34,014 nucleotides of DNA from Chloroflexota bacterium (GTDB lineage: Bacteria; Chloroflexota; Dehalococcoidia; Dehalococcoidales; UBA2162), in the NCBI GenBank assembly GCA_016193545.1, contig JACPSA010000016.1, positions 1 through 34,014 on the forward strand. Direction: 5' to 3'. The notes under the pieces are model-generated. The model was not told where the DNA came from. It ran no database searches and saw nothing but the letters and a program-made list of their open reading frames with translations. Positions 24,392-33,321 of the stretch are shown here, in pieces. Position numbers and translations under genes: made by a program. Each line of letters starts with the position of its first letter. Within the stretch, counting starts at the first letter, position 1.

Positions 24392-25222
24392 ATGTTAGGT
24401 TCACTTCTAATTACTTTAAGAGAAGGGCTGGAAGCCGCCCTAATCGTCGGTATTATCCTGGCTTACCTGGCCAGGACCGATAACCGCCAGGGCTTCAAAC
24501 CTGTCTGGCTGGGGACTTCAGCGGCGGTGTTAGTCAGCCTGATTGCCGGTGTCATCATCTACTTTACGGCTGGGGAACTCAGCGGCCGGGGTGAAGAGAT
24601 ATTCGAAGGCATCGCCATGTTTATTGCCACCGGCGTTCTCACCTGGATGATATTCTGGATGCGTAAGCAGGCAATCGATATCAAAGCCCACTTACATGCC
24701 CAGATACAATCGGTACTGACCAGCGGCTCGTCGTTGGGCCTGGCCCTGCTGGCCTTCATCGCCGTAGTCAGGGAAGGGATTGAAACGGTGCTCTTCCTGT
24801 TTGCCGCCACCAGGGTAGCCGAATCAGCGGTCTCATTCACAGTGGGAGGCATTCTGGGCTTAGTCATCGCCATAGCCATCGGCTACAGTATTTATAAGGG
24901 CACATCCCGGCTTAATCTGAGATCTTTCTTCAATGTGACCAGCCTGGTACTCATTATCTTCGCCGCCGGTTTGTTGGCTCACGGTATTCACGAGTTCCAT
25001 GAAGCCGGGGTAATACCACCAATAATCGAACATGTCTGGGACATCAACAACATCCTGCCGGAAAAATCAACCTTCGGGCGATTCCTGACGGCTCTGGTCG
25101 GTTATAACGGCAACCCGTCACTGGTGGAAGTAGTAGCCTACTCCATCTTTCTGCTTTTAGCCCTCTGGAGCTATTTCCGTCCCGTTGCCACAGTAAAAGA
25201 AGCAAAAGCAATTAAGCATTAA
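24392..25222 (+). CDS. FTR1/EfeU-family iron permease.
   Basis: 276-aa polytopic ORF with strong SD GAAAGGAGGAGG. It has two REXXE motifs (REGLEAAL at the N-terminus and REGIETVL in the middle). Confidence 0.88.
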   Translation: MLGSLLITLREGLEAALIVGIILAYLARTDNRQGFKPVWLGTSAAVLVSLIAGVIIYFTAGELSGRGEEIFEGIAMFIATGVLTWMIFWMRKQAIDIKAHLHAQIQSVLTSGSSLGLALLAFIAVVREGIETVLFLFAATRVAESAVSFTVGGILGLVIAIAIGYSIYKGTSRLNLRSFFNVTSLVLIIFAAGLLAHGIHEFHEAGVIPPIIEHVWDINNILPEKSTFGRFLTALVGYNGNPSLVEVVAYSIFLLLALWSYFRPVATVKEAKAIKH

Positions 25223-25269
25223 TGAGGCAAGGTAACCAAGGACTGGGGGCTTAAGGAAAGGAGTCTGAG

Positions 25270-26541
25270 ATGTTTGAGTCTTTAGTAATCACATTGAGAG
25301 AGGGCGTAGAAGCCGCCCTCGTTGTCGGCATAATCCTGACCTACCTGGCCAAGACGGGCAGAGCTACTCTGAACCGGTGGGTATATTGGGGACTGGGAGC
25401 GGCAATAATAGCCAGTTTTGCTTTCGCTATTGTCCTGCAGGCGCTCAATATCGACCCGGAGAACGAGTACCTGGAAGGAACATTACTGGGGACAGCCGGT
25501 ATTCTGGTAGCCAGCCTGGTGGTGTGGATGTGGCGCGTCTCCAAGTCAATTAAAACGGATGTCGAAAAGAAACTGGGGACAATAGTCACTGGAGAAAGTC
25601 TCCGAAACCAGGGCTTAGGCTTGCTGGGCTTCACTTTCATTATGGTTTTCAGAGAGGGAGCCGAAACAGTCCTCTTCCTGATGGGTGCTACACTGGGTAG
25701 ATTTGACTTACTCAGTTTTATCGGCGGTGCCATAGGGGTGGGGCTGGCGGTGTTCTTTGCCATCTTCTTTATCCGCGGCAGTCTGAGGATAAACCTCTCG
25801 CGCTTCTTCGCTGTCACCAGCATTGTGCTGCTGGTCCTGGCGGTCAAACTTATTCTGGGCGGTCTCCATGAATTTGCCGAGGTAGGCCTTATCCCGCTAA
25901 CGCCGTGGATGATGGCGTTCATCGGCTTTTTTGTCAGAGACAACACTTCGACAGTTATCCTGATTGTGCTGCTGCTGGCACCGTTACTGGTAATCCTGTG
26001 GGATGCCCGCAGCCGTGAAATAACACCAGCAACCGAGGGCGAAACTGCTGTGGAAAGGAGAAAACGTCTAGCGGTAAGGCGACAAGCGCAAGTCTGGCGG
26101 TTAAGCCTGGGGGTCGCTAGCCTGTTTATCGTGGCCACCATGGGTGGGGTAGCGCTGGCCGGTACCAGCTTGACCGACCCCGAACCTATCCCGGTAACCG
26201 CTGTTAATGGCGCCGCAGAAGTCCCCATCGCCGGGCTGGTTGAAGGCAAACTGGCCAAGTACGTCTTTAATGCCGATGGCGTTGACGTACGGTTCCTGGT
26301 GGTACGTTACGCCGATGGCTCCGTCTCAACAGCTCTCGATGCCTGCCAGATATGCGGAGCAAAGGGATATGGGCAGGAGGGAGAGATGTCCATCTGCAAG
26401 AACTGCAACGCTCCTATCGCCATGGATACGATAGGTCAGGGCGGAGGCTGCAATCCACTGCCGCTAACTGCCAGCTTGGAGAACGATACTATAGTGGTTA
26501 CAGTTGAGGAACTGACCCAGGCAAAACCAAATTTTGAATAG
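25270..26541 (+). CDS. FTR1-family iron permease fused to a C-terminal Cys-rich extracytoplasmic domain (DUF2318-like).
   Basis: The N-terminal ~250 aa form an FTR1 core with REGVEAAL and REGAETVL. A charged linker and one more TM follow. The remaining ~130 aa carry CQIC (codons 359-362, at 26344-26355) and CKNC (codons 376-379, at 26395-26406), plus GGGCNPLP. Confidence 0.8.
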   Translation: MFESLVITLREGVEAALVVGIILTYLAKTGRATLNRWVYWGLGAAIIASFAFAIVLQALNIDPENEYLEGTLLGTAGILVASLVVWMWRVSKSIKTDVEKKLGTIVTGESLRNQGLGLLGFTFIMVFREGAETVLFLMGATLGRFDLLSFIGGAIGVGLAVFFAIFFIRGSLRINLSRFFAVTSIVLLVLAVKLILGGLHEFAEVGLIPLTPWMMAFIGFFVRDNTSTVILIVLLLAPLLVILWDARSREITPATEGETAVERRKRLAVRRQAQVWRLSLGVASLFIVATMGGVALAGTSLTDPEPIPVTAVNGAAEVPIAGLVEGKLAKYVFNADGVDVRFLVVRYADGSVSTALDACQICGAKGYGQEGEMSICKNCNAPIAMDTIGQGGGCNPLPLTASLENDTIVVTVEELTQAKPNFE

Positions 26542-26567
26542 TGCTGGACGGAGTGTGACAGACTAAG

Positions 26568-27896
26568 ATGCTACTACGTATCATCAAGGAAACATTCTGG
26601 CGCCGTAAGAAGCTGGTAGCCCTGGTATTTCTAGCGGTATTGCTGGGGGCTGCGCTGGCATCATCGCTGCTGACCGTCTACGGCGATATCACCGGCAAGA
26701 TGTCCCAGGAGCTCCGCTCTTACGGAGCTAACATACTGGTGCGCCCCGCCTCAACCGGCCTGGAACTGGAAGTGGGGGGTATCAGCTATACCCCTCCGAG
26801 CACCCGTGTGTTCTTCGACGAGAAAGAACTGCCGAAGATAAAGACCATTTTCTGGAAGTACAACATCACCGGATTTGCTCCCTTCCTGAGCGTTCTGGGA
26901 AGGGTAGGTGACGACCCGGTAGTGCTTACCGGCACCTGGTTTGAGAAGACCCTTTCCATACCCCAGCTAGCTGCCAGGCAGTTTGCTAGCAAGGCAGTGG
27001 AGGCTGGCAAAGAGGAACCAACTTTCGCTACGGGCATAAAGCAGATATCGCCATGGTGGCAGCTTCAGGGTGACTGGGTCTCGGAAGGTGACCTTGATAG
27101 TGCGATAGTCGGCGCTGAAATAGCCAGAAAGTCAGGCATAGCTCTCGGGGACCGTCTGGTCCTGACATATGAAGGTAAATCAATCGGGCTAAAAACGGCC
27201 GGGATTGTCACTACAGGTAGCTTTGAGGACAATCAGGTCTTCGTAAACCTGCCAGTGGTACAGCATCTGTTGGGCATTCCTTACGGAGTAGACAAAGTGC
27301 TGGTCAGCGCTCTGGTTACCCCGGAGAGTAAGATTGCTCCCAGCATCCGACTCAAAAGCCCCGACCAGATGACGCCTGAAGAGTACGAACTCTGGTACTG
27401 CACCCCACTGGTGGAATCCATCGCCTTTCAAATTGAAGAGGCTATTCCCGGAGCTGTCGCCAGTGCTATCCGTCAGGTATCTGAGGCCGAAAGCTCGTTC
27501 CTGGGCAAAACGGAACTTTTGTTGCTGCTCATTACTGCAGTAGCGCTCGTTGCTTCGGCCCTCGGTGTCATGGCCGCCATGAATGCCATGGTCATGCGCC
27601 GACGCCGGGAGATTGCTCTGATGAAAGCAATTGGTGCTCATGACTCCCAGGTGGCAACAATATTCTTTCTCGAAGCGGCGCTTATCGGACTGGGAGGAGG
27701 GGTAACCGGCTATCTCACTGGACTAGGGCTGGCCCAGCTTATCGGCCGAGAAGTATTCGGTATGCCCTTTTCGTTTAGCGGTATTATCTTGCCGGTGACC
27801 CTGCTGCTGGCCATCACCATTGCCCTTGCCGGAAGTTTTGCGCCGGTACGGCAAGCAATAAAGACAGAACCGGTGATTCTCTTGCGTGGAGTTTAA
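26568..27896 (+). CDS. ABC transporter permease, FtsX/MacB type.
   Basis: 442-aa ORF with an N-terminal TM, a large extracytoplasmic domain, and a C-terminal FtsX domain (IALMKAIGAHDSQV plus three TMs). Confidence 0.85.
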   Translation: MLLRIIKETFWRRKKLVALVFLAVLLGAALASSLLTVYGDITGKMSQELRSYGANILVRPASTGLELEVGGISYTPPSTRVFFDEKELPKIKTIFWKYNITGFAPFLSVLGRVGDDPVVLTGTWFEKTLSIPQLAARQFASKAVEAGKEEPTFATGIKQISPWWQLQGDWVSEGDLDSAIVGAEIARKSGIALGDRLVLTYEGKSIGLKTAGIVTTGSFEDNQVFVNLPVVQHLLGIPYGVDKVLVSALVTPESKIAPSIRLKSPDQMTPEEYELWYCTPLVESIAFQIEEAIPGAVASAIRQVSEAESSFLGKTELLLLLITAVALVASALGVMAAMNAMVMRRRREIALMKAIGAHDSQVATIFFLEAALIGLGGGVTGYLTGLGLAQLIGREVFGMPFSFSGIILPVTLLLAITIALAGSFAPVRQAIKTEPVILLRGV

Positions 27897-27902
27897 AACA
27901 GA

Positions 27903-29060
27903 ATGTTAAGACGGATAATTATCAAATCGCTGCTAACCAGGAAAAGACACCTGCTGGTAGCCGCCACCGCGGTATTACTGGCGGCAAGCCTGATTGCCAG
28001 CCTGGTTACCCTGTCGCTAGGGATGAAGACCCAGGCGAGCCGGGAACTTGAAGCTTATGGCGCCAACATGATTCTCCTGCCGGAAACAATGTCACTGCCA
28101 GCCGGAGCCGGCGGTCTAACCTTTGGGAATATCGTGTCCGATGGGTACATAACCGAAGAAAGTATCAGGCTTCTTGAGGCTGACCAGATAGCTGAAGTGA
28201 GGAGCTACGCTCCATATCTATATACTATTGCCAGTTATCAAGAGCAAAAGGTGGTACTGGCCGGCACCATTTTTGACCAGCTCAGAGAGTTGTCCCCTTA
28301 CTGGAAGATTGAAGGAGATTGGGTCAATGACAGCCAGGATGAGAAAGGCAGTATCATTGGCCGCAAGGTCGCCCAACGATTTAACCTCCATCCCGGCGAC
28401 CGATTTCGGCTGGATTTCGGCGGGGCTTCCCGGGACTTCTCGGTTACCGGCATCGCTGATGTCGGAGGTTCCGAGGATAATCAGATATTCATCAATCTCA
28501 AAATTGCCCAGCTTCTTTCGGGCAGAGACGGGCAGGTAGACCTGGTGCAGATAAGGGCATCCACCGAGAAGCGACCTTTACCGGCAATAGCCACTGAACT
28601 TGAAAAGCTCCTCTCTGTCAAAGCTAAAGTCATCAGCCAGATAGCCGAAGCCGAGGCAAGAGTACTCTTCAAGGTTGAGTTGCTAATGGCGCTGATTACA
28701 GCATTAACACTGCTCGCGTCAGGCGTAGCTGTTTTTAGCACGCTAACTACCAGCGTGCTGGAGAGAATAAAGGAGATTGGCTTGATGAAAGCACTGGGAG
28801 CAAGAAATAGCCGGATAGCGCTAATTTTCCTGGCCGAAGCCTGGGCTATCGGACTGGCCGGAGGACTGCTGGGGAACATTTTGGGACTGGGGATGGCTCA
28901 AGCAATAGCCAAGAGCGTTTTTAATTCCTATCTATCCCCCCAGGTGGTGGTTATCCCGATAACTGTGGCGGTGGCTCTGGCGGTGGCGACAGTAGCCTCC
29001 CTGGGTCCGGTCCGTACCGCTCTCACGGTAGAGCCAGTAATTACTTTAAGAGGTGAATAG
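27903..29060 (+). CDS. ABC transporter permease, FtsX/MacB type (paralogue of the previous gene).
   Basis: 385-aa ORF with the same architecture (IGLMKALGARNSRI). It starts 6 nt after the previous stop. Confidence 0.85.
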   Translation: MLRRIIIKSLLTRKRHLLVAATAVLLAASLIASLVTLSLGMKTQASRELEAYGANMILLPETMSLPAGAGGLTFGNIVSDGYITEESIRLLEADQIAEVRSYAPYLYTIASYQEQKVVLAGTIFDQLRELSPYWKIEGDWVNDSQDEKGSIIGRKVAQRFNLHPGDRFRLDFGGASRDFSVTGIADVGGSEDNQIFINLKIAQLLSGRDGQVDLVQIRASTEKRPLPAIATELEKLLSVKAKVISQIAEAEARVLFKVELLMALITALTLLASGVAVFSTLTTSVLERIKEIGLMKALGARNSRIALIFLAEAWAIGLAGGLLGNILGLGMAQAIAKSVFNSYLSPQVVVIPITVAVALAVATVASLGPVRTALTVEPVITLRGE

Positions 29061-29063
29061 ACC

Positions 29064-29777
29064 ATGAACAATGATATTCTGGTGGAGATAAAGGACGTCA
29101 GCAAAGACTATAATGGCAGGGTCCGCGCCCTTGACAATATTAACCTTTCGATAGAGAGGGGAGAATGGCTCAGCGTCATGGGGCCATCAGGCTCCGGAAA
29201 AACTACTCTACTTAACATCATCAGTTGCCTGGATAGACCCTCAAGCGGGCTTGCCATCGTCGATGGTGCGGATATCAATAAACTTAACAGTACCGAGCTG
29301 ACACGCTTCCGCAAGGAGACGGTAGGACTCGTTTTCCAGCAGTTCCACCTTATCCCTTATCTGGATGCGCTGGAGAATGTAATGCTGGCGCAGTATTTCC
29401 ATAGTATGGCTGATGAAGAGGAAGCCAGACAGGCTCTAGAGCGCGTCGGACTGGGTGACCGGTTACATCACATGCCATCCCAGCTTTCCGGAGGTGAACA
29501 GCAGCGGGTATGTATCGCTCGTGCCCTCATCAATCAGCCAAAGCTGATTCTGGCTGACGAACCCACCGGCAATCTGGACCAAAGGAACGAGGAGCTGGTA
29601 ATGGAGCTGTTCCAGGCGATGCACAGGGATGGCCATACCATAATCGTCGTTACTCATGACCCGGATATCGGCAAGCTGGCTGACCGGCGGGTATTTCTGG
29701 AACACGGCTCTATCCGGACGATTGACTCTACTCCTTGCCCGGTGACCCCTGACTTATCGGTACTACTGCCCAAGTAA
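29064..29777 (+). CDS. ABC transporter ATP-binding protein, MacB/LolD/FtsE-like.
   Basis: Walker A is GPSGSGKTT, with FQQFHLIPYLDALENV, the signature LSGGEQQRVCIARAL and Walker B ILADEPTGNLD. SD AGAGGTGA is present. It starts 3 nt after the previous stop. Confidence 0.93.
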   Translation: MNNDILVEIKDVSKDYNGRVRALDNINLSIERGEWLSVMGPSGSGKTTLLNIISCLDRPSSGLAIVDGADINKLNSTELTRFRKETVGLVFQQFHLIPYLDALENVMLAQYFHSMADEEEARQALERVGLGDRLHHMPSQLSGGEQQRVCIARALINQPKLILADEPTGNLDQRNEELVMELFQAMHRDGHTIIVVTHDPDIGKLADRRVFLEHGSIRTIDSTPCPVTPDLSVLLPK

Positions 29778-29930
29778 AAAGGGAGAATAAAAGCTGCTGA
29801 TACGTCAGAAACAACCGCACAGGTGCTAAAAGTGAAGAGCGGAGCACGCTGATAACGGACACGCCAATGATTAGCGTGGACTCATTGACAGCTTGGCAAT
29901 TGATTAGCCAGTCCGACCATCCAGGCCGGC

Positions 29931-30146
29931 TTATTCGCAACAACCGCAGTCACACCCGTAATCCGTAGCCATTTCTTCAAAGGTAGCCAGCTCCCCGGAC
30001 TTGACCTTGGCAACAATAATGTCCCACTGCTCCGGAGTGAGCCTGACCAGATTCTGCCCCTCGCCGATGACAACTCCGTCCTGACTGACCTCTACGGCCG
30101 GACAGCATTTACTGCCAGCACCACATAATGACACTATACGTTCCAT
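29931..30146 (-). CDS. Small Cys-rich protein (71 aa), a putative metal-binding protein.
   Basis: It has strong SD GGAGGTGAAGAAGT-ATG. An N-terminal CGAGSKCCP motif and a C-terminal CDCGCCE tail give 8 Cys in 71 residues. A possible promoter, TTGACA-N19-TACAAT, lies upstream on the minus strand. Confidence 0.6.
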   Translation of the reverse strand: MERIVSLCGAGSKCCPAVEVSQDGVVIGEGQNLVRLTPEQWDIIVAKVKSGELATFEEMATDYGCDCGCCE

Positions 30147-30274
30147 ACTTCTTCACCTCCATTTATATCATTGTAGACCATGCCATTACTGGAATGTCAA
30201 GCCCGGTATTTAATCTTAAATACAACCGAGTAACCGGGTGAACGGTAATAGCCGAATCACGTATTTCTCCGCTG

Positions 30275-31270
30275 TTAATAGTTTGCGTACCAATCCTGGG
30301 ACACATCAGTTAGCTTCTGAGCGGCAACCCCGAGCTTTTTGTACCAGGGTGTTGCATATTTGCCAGCTATCTCGTTTAGCCTTTTCAGCCTGTCAACCCC
30401 AACGGTCGATAGGTAGCGGACCCTTTCCCGGGCATCACCAATCCGCATTACTTCCTGCCAGACGGCACGACCTCCCAGGAAACCCGATGCCCCGGCCCGG
30501 CAAGCAAATTCCACTTGCTGACAAAACGTCTCAAAATCCACGCCACCACTGAGGAGAACCCAGGGAACCGGCGATGTCCTGTCCAGCTGACGGCAGAGTT
30601 CAATCAGTTCCGCCTTATCCTTTTTATAGTGCATATCAGCCGGGAACTCAGCCTTGAGCACATCTACCGGCAAACCGGTGACATCACGGGCGGTATCAAT
30701 CACCAGCTTCCCCAGCCGCTCAGCAAGCTCCTCCGGATGGTTAATTTCATTGCCCACCAGATAGCTTTTTGGCTCGACCAGAAAAGGCAGGTCATATTTG
30801 ATACAGTCCCAGGCTACCTTATTCACCGTATCCAGTTGTTTTCTAGCCAACTGCTTCAAATCCGGACGATAGTAAAGCAGAATTTTCACCGCCGCAGCAC
30901 CCATTCGCTTAATCTTCTCGACACCCCAATCATCAAGCAGCGTGGTCAAACGTTGCTCGTCTCCACCCTCATAACCGGAGGCTTCGATACTAACCAGTAG
31001 TCCGGTACTCTTGGGTAAGACACCTTGACTGATGCATTGAGCGGCACCAAATATCGGGTCGAGCAAGACAGCACTGGCGTGCTCCGCCAGACAGGAGCAT
31101 AGTTCCAGCTTACGCTCAACCATCTGGGCATAACCGACCTTTTCCGGGTTCCTGGCATTAATCATCCCGCGTAACGACCCACGGTGGTCCATCGCACACA
31201 TGGTAAGAATGCCATCATTATTAGCAATCTGCTGCAGACCTCTGAGCTTGCCAATACTCAAGTTCTTCAT
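30275..31270 (-). CDS. Class I aldolase of the LacD/tagatose-1,6-bisphosphate aldolase family. YihT-like sulfosugar aldolases belong to the same family.
   Basis: Motifs are GKLRGLQQIANNDGILTMCAMDHRGSL, VKILLYYRPD, PFLVEP, DVLKAEFP (Schiff-base Lys context) and VLLSGGVDF. I prefer the ATG at 31270 (GAGGAAAT upstream) over the track start at 31324, whose extra 18 aa look non-native. Confidence 0.85.
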   Translation of the reverse strand: MKNLSIGKLRGLQQIANNDGILTMCAMDHRGSLRGMINARNPEKVGYAQMVERKLELCSCLAEHASAVLLDPIFGAAQCISQGVLPKSTGLLVSIEASGYEGGDEQRLTTLLDDWGVEKIKRMGAAAVKILLYYRPDLKQLARKQLDTVNKVAWDCIKYDLPFLVEPKSYLVGNEINHPEELAERLGKLVIDTARDVTGLPVDVLKAEFPADMHYKKDKAELIELCRQLDRTSPVPWVLLSGGVDFETFCQQVEFACRAGASGFLGGRAVWQEVMRIGDARERVRYLSTVGVDRLKRLNEIAGKYATPWYKKLGVAAQKLTDVSQDWYANY

Positions 31271-31355
31271 ATTTCCTCTTCCGAACAATAACAACATTAT
31301 GGTATAAAAGGCAACTTTAAGCAAGGCACTAAAGTTGAGGTCATTACAACCTGTT

Positions 31356-31405
31356 CCTCTGACCCCCTTCCCTTAAAAGGAGAGGGGGACCGAAGGGGTG
31401 AGGTT
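31356..31405. repeat. Degenerate copy of the palindromic repeat family.
   Basis: CCTCTGACCCCCTTCCCTT-AAA-AGGAGAGGGGGACCGAAGGGGTGAGGTT has two mismatches in the stem relative to the copies at 10913 and 15686. Confidence 0.75.
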
Positions 31406-31502
31406 AAAAACAACCGGGAATAAGTAGAACCGAAATCATGAAGCGTTGACAAAACCCCGAGAGCGTGATACTACTATGGTCAAAATTTGTGGGAGGTGTG
31501 CT

Positions 31503-31730
31503 ATGTGTCTGCTTTGTTCTTTTATTCCAGCCAGTATATTTACCACCATTGGCTATTTTGTGCTGGTGACCGCAGGAACGCAAAATAGCCCGGGTCTCAA
31601 CCTGTTTGGTCTCATTTTAGCTATCGTCTTGTTCATTGTGGCTCTCGGTTTTATTATCTGTGGACTTTATATGACCGTCAGCGGAAAGTGCCCGATGAAG
31701 AAATTCATGGAAAGCAAAATGGGTAACTAA
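31503..31730 (+). CDS. Small membrane protein (75 aa, two TMs).
   Basis: GGGAGGTG lies 5 nt before the ATG at 31503. The product reads MCLLCSFIPASIFTTIGYFVLV...LILAIVLFIVALGFIICGLYM. The track start (TTG at 31446) coincides with a TTGACA promoter-like hexamer instead. Confidence 0.5.
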   Translation: MCLLCSFIPASIFTTIGYFVLVTAGTQNSPGLNLFGLILAIVLFIVALGFIICGLYMTVSGKCPMKKFMESKMGN

Positions 31731-31775
31731 CATATCTGTAGATGTTTGGCTGTTAGCTGGCGCAAAATAATCTCG

Positions 31776-32774
31776 CTACATGATGCGTTTGAGCCTGGGG
31801 TTGGAGGTAATACCCGGGATTCTGCCTCTCTTAGCGATTGGTTTGCTCTCGACCTCATGCAGGTCGGCGGTAAAGTCAATCGGCTTAGCACCGGTGATAT
31901 GGCTACCGACGCCAAAACCATCGACCGGTGCTCCTCTTTCGATGAAGTGGTTGATGCGCTCGGGAGTTACACCGCCACTGACAAATATCCTGACATGCTT
32001 GAAGCCGGCTAGGTCCAGCCCGGCCCTTACCTCTTTGACCAGGTCAGGGGTAACGCGACCTCTTTCCCAGGGAGTATCCAGCCGCACGCTATTCAGTCTT
32101 TGTCCCATTGCTTGAGCTACCCTGATGCTTTCCTCGACCTCATCTTTGAAGGTATCAACCAGGGAAACGCGGCGTACTTCCGGCGGCATATACTTATCAA
32201 AAGCCAGAGTAGCCTTAACCGTGTCCCCCATAATTATTATCAGGGCATGGGGCATTGTCCCCGATGGTTGGATACCGGCCAGTTTAGCCCCGACGATGCT
32301 GGAGCAGCCAATACAGCCGCCAACCATGGCGGCATAGTCCATTATTCCAGCTACTGAAGGGTGAACATGGCGGGCACCGAAGCTGATAACCGGTATCCCC
32401 CGGGCTGCGTTGACGCACTCCCGGGCGGCGGTCGCCCAGCCACTTTCGTGGCTGAGGTATCCGTCGATAGCCGTCTCATACAGTCCGTAGCTCTGGTAGG
32501 GAGCGGTAATGCGCAGCACTACTTCCCGCTCTTCCATTGTTTCACCTTCGTCCAGTGCCCAGACCTCGCGCTTGTTCTCGGGCAGAACCCGTTTCAGTAA
32601 AGCCTTGACCTCGGCCATGCCGCAGAGTATCCCGGGCTGGCTACCGAATACCTCCATAGTGGCCACTGGATTAAGCTTTTCATGGCGTAATACCTCGATG
32701 GTATGGGCAAAGTAAATATCGGCGGTTTCTCCGGAGAGTACCGCCTCGGTGGGTTCGAATTCAGGAATCTTCAC
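31776..32774 (-). CDS. pncB: Nicotinate phosphoribosyltransferase (short archaeal/type II PRTase-like form).
   Basis: 332-aa ORF with ADIYFAHTIEVL, FGARHVHP, SGTMPHALII, VSLVDTF, VRLDTP and IFVSGGV. Its start overlaps the stop of the upstream nicotinamidase gene by 4 nt. Confidence 0.85.
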   Translation of the reverse strand: MKIPEFEPTEAVLSGETADIYFAHTIEVLRHEKLNPVATMEVFGSQPGILCGMAEVKALLKRVLPENKREVWALDEGETMEEREVVLRITAPYQSYGLYETAIDGYLSHESGWATAARECVNAARGIPVISFGARHVHPSVAGIMDYAAMVGGCIGCSSIVGAKLAGIQPSGTMPHALIIIMGDTVKATLAFDKYMPPEVRRVSLVDTFKDEVEESIRVAQAMGQRLNSVRLDTPWERGRVTPDLVKEVRAGLDLAGFKHVRIFVSGGVTPERINHFIERGAPVDGFGVGSHITGAKPIDFTADLHEVESKPIAKRGRIPGITSNPRLKRIM

Positions 32775-33304
32775 TGGTTACCTCCAATAGTGATTAATTT
32801 TGCCCCCAGTACCCTCTCGATATGTTGCAGAGCGAAGCGGTGGGCGGCTTCATCTGGTGAGTACACGCCGTCCACCGGTACTTCTACCTGGTAATCGCGG
32901 TTGCGGGCATCCGCCGTGGTGTGCATTACGCAAATATCAGTCAGGACGCCGCAAATAATCAACTTAGCTGGCTTTAATTTCTTCAGTTTTTGCTCAAGTG
33001 GCGTGCCGAAGAAGCCACTGTAACGTTTCTTAGCAATTATCTCGCCCTTATAGCCAGCTAATTCAGGAATAACCTCGGCCTGGATAGTTCCCTCGATGCA
33101 GTGCGGGGGGAACATCTTGAACTCAAGGTCATCAGGGTCATGGTGGTCGCAGATGAAGAATACTTTGGAGCCTCGGGCCAGTTCCCGTTCCAGCAACTTC
33201 TGGATATTGGGAATTATACGGCGTGATTTTTCCCCGCAGTACAGCGGGTAACCTTCTTCCAGGAACCCCCGCAGCATGTCAATTACTAAGACGGCATTAG
33301 CCAT
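32771..33304 (-). CDS. pncA: Nicotinamidase/pyrazinamidase (isochorismatase-family cysteine hydrolase).
   Basis: 177-aa ORF with the catalytic-triad context VLVIDMLRGF (Asp), AKKRYSGF (Lys) and ICGVLTDICV (Cys). Confidence 0.85.
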   Translation of the reverse strand: MANAVLVIDMLRGFLEEGYPLYCGEKSRRIIPNIQKLLERELARGSKVFFICDHHDPDDLEFKMFPPHCIEGTIQAEVIPELAGYKGEIIAKKRYSGFFGTPLEQKLKKLKPAKLIICGVLTDICVMHTTADARNRDYQVEVPVDGVYSPDEAAHRFALQHIERVLGAKLITIGGNQ

Positions 33305-33321
33305 AAATTTTCCCTTCAGAT

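Noticed and set aside
25341-26258. 305-aa ORF antisense to the FTR1-DUF2318 gene.
   Set aside because: Its Ser/Thr/Ala/Pro/Arg-rich composition is typical of the antisense frame of a GC-rich membrane-protein gene. The sense strand carries clear FTR1 motifs. The same reasoning applies to the antisense ORFs at 11193-11858, 13735-14358, 16189-16638 and 30515-31000.
31271-31324. N-terminal 18-aa extension of the aldolase ORF (MLKVAFYTIMLLLFGRGN).
   Set aside because: There is no SD. The family-typical N-terminus (MKNLSIGKLRGL..) starts at the internal ATG at 31270, which has a GAGGA SD.
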